Shown here in pieces: positions 37,485-48,249 of a stretch of DNA of 64,000 nucleotides (positions are counted from its first letter, which is position 1; each line of letters begins with the position of its first letter). Below the pieces are notes generated by a model. The model saw nothing but the letters and a program-made list of their open reading frames with translations, was not told where the DNA came from and ran no database searches. Source of the stretch: Clostridiales bacterium (GTDB lineage Bacteria > Bacillota > Clostridia > TANB77 > CAG-508); NCBI GenBank assembly GCA_003534295.1, contig DPDV01000013.1:10286-74285 (forward strand). Reading direction: 5' to 3'. Position numbers and translations under genes: made by a program.

Positions 37485-38266
37485 GTAAATTATTAAAATA
37501 TGATTTGAAATGGTGCTTTAAACCTTTATTAGTATTTTATATGTTAGCGATTTTCTTTTCAATAATAGTAAGAATTGTTGAAAGTTTTGAACAAAGCTTG
37601 ATAATATTGATAATTGACAAGGTATGCTGTGGTATTGTTATTGCAATGCTAGTAAACATATTAATAAATTGCTTTATGAGAAATTGGGCAAGATTTGTAA
37701 AAAATATATATAAAGATGAAGCATACTTGACACACACACTTCCTATAAGCAAAAGTGAAATCTACTTATCAAAAATTCTAACAGCTATTATAACATTGCT
37801 TACTTCATTTGTTGTTGTAGTTATTTGTCTAGCTATTAGTTGCCTAAATAAGGAAACATGTGTTATGTTAAAAGAGTCCTTAGAACAATCAGCAATATAT
37901 TTGAATAGTTCAGTATTTAGTTTAATACTTGTAATGGTTATTACATTATTCTTTGAGTGTTTGTTTATGATGATGAGTGGAATATTAGGACTTATAATAG
38001 GACATAGAAGCAATAATTCGAAAATAATTAAGTCTATAATAATAGGATTTGCAATATATAGTTTATTGTCAGCGATATCACTAGGAATATTATTTATGGC
38101 AGGTGTGATAAATCCAGAAATAATGTCATTATTTAACAATGTTAATGTAAATTCAGAAGGACTTAAGGGCATGATGTTAGTTGGAATATTAGTATATGCT
38201 ATATACAACGTGGGAATTTATTATTCAGGAAATAAATTTTTAAATAAAGGAGTAAATATAGATTAA
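37478..38266 (+). CDS. ABC-2-type membrane permease
   Basis: A polytopic membrane protein whose start overlaps the end of the ATPase gene. Confidence 0.6.
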   Translation: MLGKLLKYDLKWCFKPLLVFYMLAIFFSIIVRIVESFEQSLIILIIDKVCCGIVIAMLVNILINCFMRNWARFVKNIYKDEAYLTHTLPISKSEIYLSKILTAIITLLTSFVVVVICLAISCLNKETCVMLKESLEQSAIYLNSSVFSLILVMVITLFFECLFMMMSGILGLIIGHRSNNSKIIKSIIIGFAIYSLLSAISLGILFMAGVINPEIMSLFNNVNVNSEGLKGMMLVGILVYAIYNVGIYYSGNKFLNKGVNID

Positions 38267-38273
38267 AATTAAG

Positions 38274-38356
38274 TGGTACCGATGGTGGGACTCGAACCCA
38301 CATGGTTTCCCGCCAGATTTTGAGTCTGGTGCGTCTGCCAATTCCGCCACATCGGC
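38274..38356 (-). tRNA. tRNA-Leu (anticodon CAA), CCA encoded
   Basis: The reverse complement folds as a cloverleaf: acceptor GCCGATG/CATCGGT, anticodon stem CCAGA/TCTGG with loop CTCAAAA, a long variable arm, T-arm GGGTTCGAGTCCC, and 3' CCA. Confidence 0.85.
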
Positions 38357-38600
38357 ATATTTAAAATACAATATATATAATAACAGATATTAACTGGTTT
38401 GGCAAGATAAAATTAAAATTTTTTTGAAATATCAATAGGCGGTTAAAATCGCCTATTTTTGTCTTCAATATTAGAAATTCATTTGAAATGAAGGAAAAAA
38501 TATTTGTAATATAAACTAGAATATGCTAAAATAATGTATGATATGTGGGAAAAATAAAAAAATGATGTAATAAATTTATTAAGAAAGGAACAAAAATAGT

Positions 38601-39206
38601 ATGAATATAGGAATAGATATAGATGATACAATGTCAAATTCATTTGAAATTATGTTAGCAGATTCACAAATATATGATATTGAGGAAATGAAGGGAACGG
38701 GGGATATTAAAAATTTAGGAAGCATACCTACATATGATCAAATAGAGAATATGTATAAGTGGGAAGAGGAAGCATTAAAAAAATTTTGGTATAAACACTT
38801 TGAAAGAGTTTTAAGAGAGGCAACTCCAAAACAATATGTAGCAGAAACTATAAAAAAATTAAAAGAAGAAGGAAACAACATTTATATTATAACCGCAAGG
38901 TATGAGCAAGATGGAATAGAAAGCGTAGAGGGGTTAACAGAAGAATGGCTTAAAAAGAACAAAATAGAATATGATAGATTATTAATAAATTCATCTGACA
39001 AATTAAAGATAGCTAGAGAATACAATATAGATGTATTTATAGATGATTGCTTTAAATTTTGTAAAGAAATAAATGATGCAGGAATAAAATCATATATGTT
39101 TGTTGGCACAACAAATAATAATATAGAAACAGGAGAAGTAGAAAAAGTGTATTCATGGCCACAAGTTTATTTTAAAATCAAAGAATTTACCCAAAAAACA
39201 CAATAA
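38601..39206 (+). CDS. HAD-superfamily hydrolase, 5'(3')-nucleotidase-like
   Basis: N-terminal DxDxT motif (IGIDIDDTM) and C-terminal FIDD. Confidence 0.55.
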   Translation: MNIGIDIDDTMSNSFEIMLADSQIYDIEEMKGTGDIKNLGSIPTYDQIENMYKWEEEALKKFWYKHFERVLREATPKQYVAETIKKLKEEGNNIYIITARYEQDGIESVEGLTEEWLKKNKIEYDRLLINSSDKLKIAREYNIDVFIDDCFKFCKEINDAGIKSYMFVGTTNNNIETGEVEKVYSWPQVYFKIKEFTQKTQ

Positions 39207-39271
39207 TATAATTAATGCAACACATAAAGATTAAAATCATTTAAAACATAAAAAGGAGGAATAACAAGCAA

Positions 39272-41518
39272 ATGCTTAAAATATTAAAAAACCTAAAAGA
39301 ATCACTAATCTCAGTAATAATTATAGTGATTTTGCTATGTTTGCAAGCAGGTACAGACTTAGCATTACCAGATTATACATCTAAAATAGTTAATATTGGA
39401 ATACAACAAGGGGGAATACAAAATGTTTCTCCAGAAGCAATACGAAAAGAGCAAATGGAAAATTTATTACTATTTTCAACAGATGATGAAAAAATATTAA
39501 ATTGTTATACTCTAATTTCTAAAAAAGAAATGGAGGATAAAGAGTATGAAAAATATTTAAAACAATATCCAGAATTAGAAAATCAAGATATTTATGTACT
39601 TAATAATTTAAAGAAAGAACAGAAAGAAGAACTTGATACATTAATAGCAAAACCATTAATGATAATATATAGTATAAGTAATGAAGAAACAGCCAAAGAG
39701 ATCAAAAAGAATATTCTACAGAACACACCTAAAGCACAACAAAGCATACTAGAACAAGCAGATTTGCTAACAATAATTAAAAATATGCCAGAAGAAACAA
39801 GGAATAATATTTTGGAAGAAAGTAGCAAAATGATAGACGAGAAATTTGGCAATATGACAGAACAAGTTGCAATACAAGCTACAAAGCAAGAATATGCCCA
39901 AATAGGGATGGACTTAGATAAAATACAAAATGATTATATACTATTTACAGGTATGCAGATGTTAGGAATAGCATTAATAAGTATGATTGCAGCAATAATA
40001 ATAATGTATTTATCATCGAGAGTTGCAGCTAAGTTAGGACAAAACCTAAGAAATAAGGTTTTCAAAAAGGTTTTAGGCTTTTCCATAGAGGAATTTAAGG
40101 CGTTTTCTACAGCATCACTAATAACACGTAGCACAAATGATATACAGCAAATTCAAAATTTAATTGCAATGTTATTTAGAGTAGTAGTATATGCGCCAAT
40201 AGTAGGTATAGGCGGTTTTATAAGGGTATTAAATAACAGCCATACTTCAATGGCTTGGATAATAGGTTTGGCAATTTTATGTATATTAGGAATAATATTA
40301 ACATTATTTATTATAGCAATGCCAAAATTCAAGAAACTACAAGAGCTTGTTGACCGTTTAAATTTAGTTGCAAGAGAAATACTAACTGGTTTGCCAGTAA
40401 TTAGAGCGTTTAATACAGAAAAGAAAGAAGAAAAAAGGTTTGAAGATGCAAATAAAATATTAATGAAAACTAATATATTTGTTAATAAGGCTATGAGTTT
40501 AATGATGCCAGCATTAATGTTTGTTATGAATTCAGTGGCTTTACTAATTATATGGGTAGGAGGACATAATGTAGCAAATGGAAATATACAAGTTGGAGAT
40601 ATGATGGCGTTTATACAATATACAATGCAAATTGTAATAAGTTTTTTAGTTATTTCTATGATATCTATAATGATACCTCGTGCTCAGGTTTCTGCTAATC
40701 GTATAAATGAAATTTTAGAAAAAGAGCCAAGAATAAAAGATAATGAGAATACAAAAAAATTTGACAACAGTAAGAAAGGATTGGTTGAATTTAAAAATGT
40801 TTCATTTAGATATCCAGATGCAGATGCAGAAATATTAACAGATATTAATTTTACAGCAGAACCGGGAAAAACTACGGCAATAATAGGAAGTACAGGTAGT
40901 GGAAAATCTACTATTGTAAATTTAATACCAAGATTTTATGATGTAACTGGTGGAGAACTATTAATAGACGGAGTTAATATAAAAGATGTACCTCAACATG
41001 AATTGAGAAAAAGAATAGGTTTTGTTCCACAAAAAGGCTTACTATTTTCTGGAACAATAGAATCAAATATAAAATATGGAAATCCTAAAATGTCTGACAA
41101 ACAGATGAAAGAAGCTGCAGAAATAGCACAGGCAACAGAATTTATAGAAGCAAAGCCAGAAAAATATAAATCAGAGATAGCACAAGGCGGAACAAACGTG
41201 TCTGGTGGGCAAAAACAGCGTTTATCAATAGCAAGAGCGATTGCAATAGACCCAGAAATATTTGTTTTTGATGACAGTTTTTCAGCATTAGATTTAAAAA
41301 CTGATAGTAAATTAAGAGCAGCATTAGCAGAAAAAACTAAAAACAAAACTGTAATTATAGTTGCGCAAAGAGTAAGCACAATACTAAATGCTGACCAAAT
41401 TGTGGTGCTAGAAGAGGGAAAAATTGTAGGAATAGGAAAGCATCAAGAGCTTATGAAAAATTGTGATACATATTCACAGATAGCATTATCACAGCTTTCA
41501 AAGGAGGAGCTAGAATAA
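39272..41518 (+). CDS. ABC exporter, fused permease/ATPase subunit with an enlarged extracytoplasmic loop
   Basis: GSTGSGKST, VSGGQKQR, IFVFDDS. An insert of about 190 aa lies between TM1 and TM2. Confidence 0.85.
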   Translation: MLKILKNLKESLISVIIIVILLCLQAGTDLALPDYTSKIVNIGIQQGGIQNVSPEAIRKEQMENLLLFSTDDEKILNCYTLISKKEMEDKEYEKYLKQYPELENQDIYVLNNLKKEQKEELDTLIAKPLMIIYSISNEETAKEIKKNILQNTPKAQQSILEQADLLTIIKNMPEETRNNILEESSKMIDEKFGNMTEQVAIQATKQEYAQIGMDLDKIQNDYILFTGMQMLGIALISMIAAIIIMYLSSRVAAKLGQNLRNKVFKKVLGFSIEEFKAFSTASLITRSTNDIQQIQNLIAMLFRVVVYAPIVGIGGFIRVLNNSHTSMAWIIGLAILCILGIILTLFIIAMPKFKKLQELVDRLNLVAREILTGLPVIRAFNTEKKEEKRFEDANKILMKTNIFVNKAMSLMMPALMFVMNSVALLIIWVGGHNVANGNIQVGDMMAFIQYTMQIVISFLVISMISIMIPRAQVSANRINEILEKEPRIKDNENTKKFDNSKKGLVEFKNVSFRYPDADAEILTDINFTAEPGKTTAIIGSTGSGKSTIVNLIPRFYDVTGGELLIDGVNIKDVPQHELRKRIGFVPQKGLLFSGTIESNIKYGNPKMSDKQMKEAAEIAQATEFIEAKPEKYKSEIAQGGTNVSGGQKQRLSIARAIAIDPEIFVFDDSFSALDLKTDSKLRAALAEKTKNKTVIIVAQRVSTILNADQIVVLEEGKIVGIGKHQELMKNCDTYSQIALSQLSKEELE

Positions 41519-41519
41519 T

Positions 41520-43361
41520 ATGAGTAATCAAACAAAAAAGCCTCCAATGGGAGGTATGGGACCAGGAAAAGGACCAATGACAATAGAAAAAGCAAAAGAC
41601 TTTAAAGGGACTACAAATAAATTGATAAAAAACTACTTATCTAAATATAAAATTGCAGTGGTTATAGTAATGATATTTGCAATTGGAGGTACAATTTTCT
41701 CAATTGTAGGACCAAAAATATTGGGAAACGCAACAACAGAAATATATAATGGATTAATAAGTAAATTATCAGGAGGAGAAGGAATTAATTTTCAAAAAAT
41801 TGCAGAAATTCTTCTAACATTATTAACATTGTATTTGATTAGCATGGTATTCTCTGCAGTGCAGGGATTTACAATGACAGGAGTGGCACAAAAAATAACA
41901 TATAAAATGCGCAATGAGTTAATAGAAAAAATTAATAAACTTCCTATGAAATATTTTGATAAAAAAACAAATGGAGAAGTATTATCAATAATATCAAACG
42001 ATGTAGATACATTATCTCAAAATTTGAACCAATGTGTTACGCAAATAATAACAGCTATTTGCACATTAATAGGAATATTAATAATGATGTTTTCTATTAG
42101 CTGGCAAATGACTATTACGTCTTTGATAATACTACCAATTGCAGCATTTTTAGTTAAAACAATAGTATCTAAGTCGCAAAAATACTTTAAAGCTCAACAA
42201 GATTATTTAGGACATGTAAATGGACAGGTAGAGGAAATTTATGGAGGACACACTGTTGTAAAAGCATTCAACAGTGAAGATGTAGTAATAAACAAATTTG
42301 AAGAAGCAAGTGAGGAGTTATATAAATCTGGTTGGAAATCTCAATTTCTATCTGGACTAATACATCCGGTAACCAACTTTATAAGTAATGTTGGATATGT
42401 GGCAGTAGCAATACTAGGTGGATATTTTGCTATACAAGGCAAAATAACAGTAGGAAATATTCAGTCTTTTATACAGTATAATAAGCAATTTACTCAACCA
42501 ATAAATCAAATAGCCCAAGTTTCTGGAATGTTACAAGCCATGGTAGCGGCAGCGGAGAGAGTGTTTGAATTTTTGGAGGAACCAGAAGAAATAAAAACTA
42601 TTGCGAATCCTAAAAGTACAAAAGATATAGAAGGCAATGTGGAATTTGAACATGTTCATTTTGGCTATGATGAGGATAAAATAATAATAAATGATTTTAA
42701 TGCAGATATAAAAGCTGGACAAAAAATAGCAATTGTAGGTCCAACAGGGGCAGGAAAAACGACAATAGTTAAGCTTTTAATGAGATTTTATGATGTGAAC
42801 AGTGGAGCAATATTGCTTGATGGAACAAATATAAAGAAGTTTGATAGAGGAAAACTAAGACAGGTATTTGGAATGGTTTTACAGGATACATGGCTATTTA
42901 ATGGAACGGTTAAGGATAATATCAAATATGGAAAAGAAGATGCAACAGATACAGAAATAATAGAGGCCGCTAAAGCTGCACATGTACACCACTTTATAAA
43001 AACATTGCCTAAAGGATATGATGCACTAATAGATGAAGAGTCAAGTAATATTTCAGCAGGTCAAAAGCAATTATTAACAATAGCAAGGGTTATTTTAACA
43101 GATCCTAAAATATTGATACTGGACGAAGCTACAAGTTCTATAGACACAAGAACAGAACAACAAATACAATCAGCAATGGATAATTTAATGAAAGGTAGAA
43201 CAAGCTTTATAATAGCACATAGATTATCTACAATAAAAAATGCAGATTTGATACTTGTAATGGATCAAGGAGATATTGTAGAACAAGGAACGCATGAAGA
43301 ATTATTAAAAAAGAACGGTGCATATGCAAAATTGTATAATTCACAATTTGAAGAAAACTAA
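41520..43361 (+). CDS. ABC exporter, fused permease/ATPase subunit (heterodimer partner)
   Basis: GPTGAGKTT, ISAGQKQL, ILILDEAT. Confidence 0.85.
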   Translation: MSNQTKKPPMGGMGPGKGPMTIEKAKDFKGTTNKLIKNYLSKYKIAVVIVMIFAIGGTIFSIVGPKILGNATTEIYNGLISKLSGGEGINFQKIAEILLTLLTLYLISMVFSAVQGFTMTGVAQKITYKMRNELIEKINKLPMKYFDKKTNGEVLSIISNDVDTLSQNLNQCVTQIITAICTLIGILIMMFSISWQMTITSLIILPIAAFLVKTIVSKSQKYFKAQQDYLGHVNGQVEEIYGGHTVVKAFNSEDVVINKFEEASEELYKSGWKSQFLSGLIHPVTNFISNVGYVAVAILGGYFAIQGKITVGNIQSFIQYNKQFTQPINQIAQVSGMLQAMVAAAERVFEFLEEPEEIKTIANPKSTKDIEGNVEFEHVHFGYDEDKIIINDFNADIKAGQKIAIVGPTGAGKTTIVKLLMRFYDVNSGAILLDGTNIKKFDRGKLRQVFGMVLQDTWLFNGTVKDNIKYGKEDATDTEIIEAAKAAHVHHFIKTLPKGYDALIDEESSNISAGQKQLLTIARVILTDPKILILDEATSSIDTRTEQQIQSAMDNLMKGRTSFIIAHRLSTIKNADLILVMDQGDIVEQGTHEELLKKNGAYAKLYNSQFEEN

Positions 43362-43374
43362 CAAACGAAATAAA

Positions 43375-43408
43375 TTAACCTGAGCGGTTTTAGCCACTCA
43401 GGTTAATT
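43375..43408. terminator. Bidirectional terminator between the convergent ABC and XRE genes
   Basis: AACCTGAGCGG-TTTTA-GCCACTCAGGTT hairpin. Confidence 0.5.
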
Positions 43409-43720
43409 TATACTTTTAATAAAAACTGCTAATTTTTTTAAAGTCTCACAACCAAGTTCTATTTCTTCATTACTAAAAGATTCTAATATTTTACTAGTTT
43501 CCGATTTTATATTATTATTTTTGCCAAACAAAATATAATCAGCACTGGTATTGGTTAAATCACAAAGTCTTTTTAACTTTTCAATGGATAAGCAACTTTT
43601 CCCACGTTCAACAATTCCTAGATATTGACCAGAGATACCAAGTAATTTAGAAAATTCTTCTTTTGACATATTCATATTTTCACGTATATTTTTTATTCTT
43701 AAACCAATTTGCTTTTTCAT
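43403..43720 (-). CDS. XRE-family HTH regulator
   Basis: Cro/C1-type HTH: MSKEEFSKLLGISGQYLGIVERGKSCLSIEKLKRL. Confidence 0.75.
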   Translation of the reverse strand: MKKQIGLRIKNIRENMNMSKEEFSKLLGISGQYLGIVERGKSCLSIEKLKRLCDLTNTSADYILFGKNNNIKSETSKILESFSNEEIELGCETLKKLAVFIKSIN

Positions 43721-43869
43721 AAAAAACCTCACAAAATTAATATCAAATTAATTCTAAAATTATAAACAAATTATAAAATGACAAAAAACAATACATATTA
43801 GTGGAAAAAAATGAAAAAATATGATAATATATGAAAAAACAAGAGGTATTTATTTTTATGGAGAATAAA

Positions 43870-44646
43870 ATGAAATTATTATTAGTGGAAGATGATGTTA
43901 ATACTTGTGAAATATTTAAGAAAATTGAAAGAGCAAAAAGTGAGATAAAATTTATTGCAATAACAAACTCGGAAGTAGAAGCGTTAAACTGTGTAAAAAA
44001 TAATATGCCAGACGGTATTATATTAGATCTAGAATTAACAAATGGAAAAGGTAGTGGATTTGGATTTCTAAAAGAGTTAAGGAAAATTAAGTTAAAAATA
44101 TTGCCTAAAATAATAGTAACTACAAACATATGCACAGACTCTGTTTATGATTATTTACATGATAATAAAGTTGATTTTATATTTTATAAAAAACAGGAAG
44201 GTTATTCGGAAGAAAGCGTAATAGATACATTACTATTGTTAAATGGGTATACAGATAATATAAGCTACACTGAAAATACTAAACACAATGAATCAAATGA
44301 TGATAAAGAAATATTGGAAGAAATTGACAAAGAACTTGATTTGATAGGAGTAGGAACTCATTTACAAGGCAGAAAGTATTTACATGACTCTATATATTAT
44401 GCAATAATGCAAGAAAATAATGAAAGCAAAATATCAATAATACAATATTTAGGTGGTAAATATAAAAGGTCTACAAGTACTATAAGCAGAGCAATGCAGA
44501 ATGCAATACTTTATGCTTGGCGAATATCTGCAATAGAAGATTTAACCACATATTACACAGCAAAAATTAATTATGAAACAGGAGTACCAACACCAACTGA
44601 ATTTATATATTATTATGCCAATAAAATAAAGAAAAAGATGATCTAA
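43870..44646 (+). CDS. Response regulator with Spo0A-type C-terminal DNA-binding domain (Spo0A paralog)
   Basis: Receiver domain (KLLLVEDD...GIILDLEL). The C-domain is colinear with Spo0A_C: IGVGTHLQGRKYLHDSIYYAI...STSTISRAMQNAILYAWRIS...GVPTPTEFIYYYANKI. It is not in the usual spoIVB-spo0A context. Confidence 0.7.
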   Translation: MKLLLVEDDVNTCEIFKKIERAKSEIKFIAITNSEVEALNCVKNNMPDGIILDLELTNGKGSGFGFLKELRKIKLKILPKIIVTTNICTDSVYDYLHDNKVDFIFYKKQEGYSEESVIDTLLLLNGYTDNISYTENTKHNESNDDKEILEEIDKELDLIGVGTHLQGRKYLHDSIYYAIMQENNESKISIIQYLGGKYKRSTSTISRAMQNAILYAWRISAIEDLTTYYTAKINYETGVPTPTEFIYYYANKIKKKMI

Positions 44647-44866
44647 AAAGCGCCACAATGCATTGCATTGTGGCAAAATTCAAATATTACTTGGTAGATG
44701 AAAGAAAGTATGTCTACAAAGTGACAAAATGTCACAAAAAGTAACAATCGCTAAATGACAAAAATCAGATTTAATCAAATAATTGAATCACTACTGTTCA
44801 CTTATATAAATGAATATAAGTGATATTTTTTTATTGTAAAAAATAAAAAAATAGGTGGTGATATGA

Positions 44867-44908
44867 ATGGATTTCTGGGAATGGTTAAGATATTGGTTAG
44901 GATTATAA
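44867..44908 (+). CDS. 13-codon Trp-rich micro-ORF (MDFWEWLRYWLGL), candidate signalling peptide
   Basis: The ATG lies 8 nt after AGGTGG. The ORF is flanked by hairpins at 44800-44830 upstream and 44916-44946 plus a T-run downstream. An overlapping 20-codon alternative runs 44863..44925. Confidence 0.3.
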   Translation: MDFWEWLRYWLGL

Positions 44909-44983
44909 AAATACAAGAGAAGTAAAAAAATATTGATTACTTCTCTTTTTTTATTTATAATATAGTCATATTTAATTATTAAG

Positions 44984-46465
44984 GTGAGAAAAGTGAAAAT
45001 TGATTTATTAAATACACTTATAAAAATGTTCTTTCTATTAAACTATACAAGCTATATATATGCTAGGATTATGAATAAAAACTATAGTAAAAAAACATGT
45101 GCTTTGATATTTATTATTAATTTCTTTTTAAGTGCTTTAAACCTTCTAATGAAGAGTTATTTTAAAACAAATGAAGTAATGATTATAATAATTATATTAT
45201 CTGCCATAATAATAAATCAAATAAGTACTGAGAAAATTAGACCTTCAGCGATTTTACTGGCTTTTGCGGTATGTATAATGTCATTAGTTATTTCTGTGAC
45301 TGCTATTTTTCCATTACAAAATATATTAAATAGGGTAAATAATGCCAAAATAGTTATGATGATTTTAATGGTGGTAATACAAGGACTAACAATTTGTGTA
45401 CTTTTCAGAATTAAAAGATTTAATAAAGGGCTGGCTTTTATTAAGGAAAAAATCAATAATGAGTATATAGACATAATAACTATAAACATAAGTATTGCTG
45501 TGATATTTGTATACACCTTATTTGGCAATTATTATGGCAATTTGACAAGGCATATTTTGATTTCATTTATTATTTTAGGTACTATTATGTTTGTTATGAT
45601 TCAAAAAACATTGGTTTTATATTATAAGCAAAAGTTATTGGAAAAAACAATGGCAGATTATGAAAATGAAATTAAACAAAAGGATGAGAAAATAAAAGTT
45701 CTTTCAGAGGAAAAGTTTAAGATTAGCAAAATTAATCATGAATTCTATAATAGACAAAAAGCATTAGAGATGACAGTAAATGACTTTATAAATAATACAA
45801 ATATGGAAGTTGGAAGGGAACTAGCTATTACGAACAAAATAAATAGTTTATCAAAAGAATATTCTAATAAAATGAAATCAATAAAACAAGTGGAAAAGCT
45901 ATCGCTTACAGGAATAGAAGAAATTGATGAAATGTTTAAATATATGCAAATTGAATGTATAAAAAATAATATTGATTTTAAGCTAAAAATAGAAGGAAAT
46001 GTATATCCATTAGTTAATAATATTATAGAAAAGGATAGATTAGTAACTTTAATTGGGGATCATTTAAAAGATGCAATAATAGCAATAAATTTTAGTAAAA
46101 ATAAGTTTAAAAGTATTATAGCAATATTGGGTATAAAAAATAACTGTTATGAATTTTGCATATGTGATACAGGTATAGAATTTCAAATAGAAACATTGTT
46201 AAAATTAGGATTGGAACCTGTAACAACACACAAAGAAACTGGCGGTACAGGCATTGGATTTATATCTACATTTGAAACACTAAAAAAGTGTAATGCTAGT
46301 CTAATAATAGATGAAAAACATGAAGAAAGTAACAATGATTATACTAAATCAGTTACAATAAAATTTGATGGGAAGAGCCAATATATAATAAAATCATATA
46401 GAGCAGATAAAATAAAAGATAAAGCAGAAGATGATAGAATAATAATAAAAAGGAATGATAATTAG
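44984..46465 (+). CDS. AgrC-like polytopic sensor histidine kinase (GHKL ATPase)
   Basis: About six N-terminal TM helices, H-box KINHEFYNRQ, DTG and GGTGIGF ATP-lid motifs. The start could instead be the GTG at 44993. Confidence 0.7.
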   Translation: MRKVKIDLLNTLIKMFFLLNYTSYIYARIMNKNYSKKTCALIFIINFFLSALNLLMKSYFKTNEVMIIIIILSAIIINQISTEKIRPSAILLAFAVCIMSLVISVTAIFPLQNILNRVNNAKIVMMILMVVIQGLTICVLFRIKRFNKGLAFIKEKINNEYIDIITINISIAVIFVYTLFGNYYGNLTRHILISFIILGTIMFVMIQKTLVLYYKQKLLEKTMADYENEIKQKDEKIKVLSEEKFKISKINHEFYNRQKALEMTVNDFINNTNMEVGRELAITNKINSLSKEYSNKMKSIKQVEKLSLTGIEEIDEMFKYMQIECIKNNIDFKLKIEGNVYPLVNNIIEKDRLVTLIGDHLKDAIIAINFSKNKFKSIIAILGIKNNCYEFCICDTGIEFQIETLLKLGLEPVTTHKETGGTGIGFISTFETLKKCNASLIIDEKHEESNNDYTKSVTIKFDGKSQYIIKSYRADKIKDKAEDDRIIIKRNDN

Positions 46466-47365
46466 ATGAACAAATTACCCGATTTTTTTATGGAAAGATT
46501 ATATAAAGAATATAACGAAGAGCAAGCTAATCAAATAATAGAAGGCTATAAGTTAGAAAGAAAACTTACTTTTAGAGTTAATACAATAAAAACAACAGCA
46601 GAAGAAATTGAACAGAGGCTAGTTGAAAATGGAATAATGTATAAAAAAGTAAAATGGAGTAAAGAGGCTTTTATAATACTTAATAGAAATGAAGAAGAGA
46701 TACAAAAATTAGAAATGTATAAAAATGGAGAAATATATTTACAAAGTTTGTCATCTATGTTGCCACCAATAATTTTAAATCCTACAGAAAAAACAGATAT
46801 TTTAGACATGACTTCAGCGCCAGGAGGAAAAACCACACAAATAGCAGCACTTACTAATAACAATGCAAATATAACAGCCTGCGAAATGAGTAATATACGA
46901 GCGGAGAGACTAAAATACAATCTAGAAAAGCAAGGAGCTCTAGCATATGTTATGGTAAAAGATGCAAGAAATATAGATAAATTTTTCTCTTTTGATCAAA
47001 TACTTCTAGATAGCCCATGTAGTGGAAGTGGTACTATAAATATGAATAATACAGATTTGAATAAGTATTTTACATTAGAGCTTGTTGAAAAATGCAAAAA
47101 AACACAAAGAAGTTTAATAAATAAAGCAGTACAAATATTAAAAGGTGGCAAAGAATTGGTATATTCAACGTGTTCAATATTAAAAGAAGAAAATGAAGAA
47201 ATAGTAAAAACAATAATGAATAAAGGAATGGAAATTGTTCCAATTGAATTTGAAGGTAAGGAAACATTACCACAATTACCAACAACAATAGATGGAACTT
47301 TATGCATATGTCCAACACAAGAATATGAAGGATTTTTTATTGCTAAATTAAGAAAAATATGTTAA
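46466..47365 (+). CDS. RsmB/RsmF-family RNA m5C methyltransferase
   Basis: SAM motif SAPGGKTT. Catalytic motifs DSPCSGSGT and YSTCS. Confidence 0.8.
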   Translation: MNKLPDFFMERLYKEYNEEQANQIIEGYKLERKLTFRVNTIKTTAEEIEQRLVENGIMYKKVKWSKEAFIILNRNEEEIQKLEMYKNGEIYLQSLSSMLPPIILNPTEKTDILDMTSAPGGKTTQIAALTNNNANITACEMSNIRAERLKYNLEKQGALAYVMVKDARNIDKFFSFDQILLDSPCSGSGTINMNNTDLNKYFTLELVEKCKKTQRSLINKAVQILKGGKELVYSTCSILKEENEEIVKTIMNKGMEIVPIEFEGKETLPQLPTTIDGTLCICPTQEYEGFFIAKLRKIC

Positions 47366-47407
47366 ATTTAAAAATGAATTGTTTGTTTATGAAGAGGAGA
47401 GAAAAAA

Positions 47408-48244
47408 ATGAGAAATGTATTTACATACTTTATGCTGTTTTTTATTTATGCAATTTTGGGTTGGATAATAGAAACAACATTAGTATCTATAGAAAAAAGA
47501 AAATTTGTAAATAGAGGCTTTTTAATAGGCCCATATTGTCCAATTTATGGATTTGGTGGACTAGCCATTACAATTTTATTAAAAAACTATACCAAAGATC
47601 CAATAGTATTATTTTTGATGGCAGTAATAATATGTGGAACATTAGAGTATTTTACAAGTTACATAATGGAAAAAATATTTAAAGCAAGATGGTGGGATTA
47701 TAGCGCTAAAAAATATAACATAAATGGAAGAATATGTCTAGAAACAGTTGTGCCATTTGGAATATTGGGATGTTTGGTTATGTATGTATTAAATCCAATA
47801 ACATTTAAATATTTAAATATGCTTTCAAATTCTATGTTAAATATTATTTCTGCAATTTGTTTTACAATATTTATTACAGATAATATTGTTTCATATAATG
47901 TAATATCAAGTTTTACAAAAACTGTTAAAACCATAAATGTAGGTAAAATAAAGGATAACACAGAAGAAATTACAAAAAAGGTAAGGGAAGTATTAATAGG
48001 AAAATCTTTTTTCAACAAAAGACTTATGGAAGCATACCCAAATTTGCAGGCTAAGATAAAAGAAAAAGCAAGGCAAATAGCACAAAAGGCTAAGGAAGTA
48101 AAAACAGAAATGTCAGATAAAGTTGAAAGCATGAAAGAAAAAATAACCCAGAGTGCAAGCGAAATAAAAGATAATATAGGGGATAAGGTAGAAGAAATGC
48201 AAAAGGAAATAAGGAAAAAACCTTCTAAAAAAGAAGGTAAATAA
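47408..48244 (+). CDS. Putative ABC-transporter type IV membrane protein family (PF06541-like), with a K/E-rich tail
   Basis: GPYCPIYGFGG and RWWDYS...NINGRICL motifs. Paralog of 56841..57671. Confidence 0.6.
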   Translation: MRNVFTYFMLFFIYAILGWIIETTLVSIEKRKFVNRGFLIGPYCPIYGFGGLAITILLKNYTKDPIVLFLMAVIICGTLEYFTSYIMEKIFKARWWDYSAKKYNINGRICLETVVPFGILGCLVMYVLNPITFKYLNMLSNSMLNIISAICFTIFITDNIVSYNVISSFTKTVKTINVGKIKDNTEEITKKVREVLIGKSFFNKRLMEAYPNLQAKIKEKARQIAQKAKEVKTEMSDKVESMKEKITQSASEIKDNIGDKVEEMQKEIRKKPSKKEGK

Positions 48245-48249
48245 TTAAG

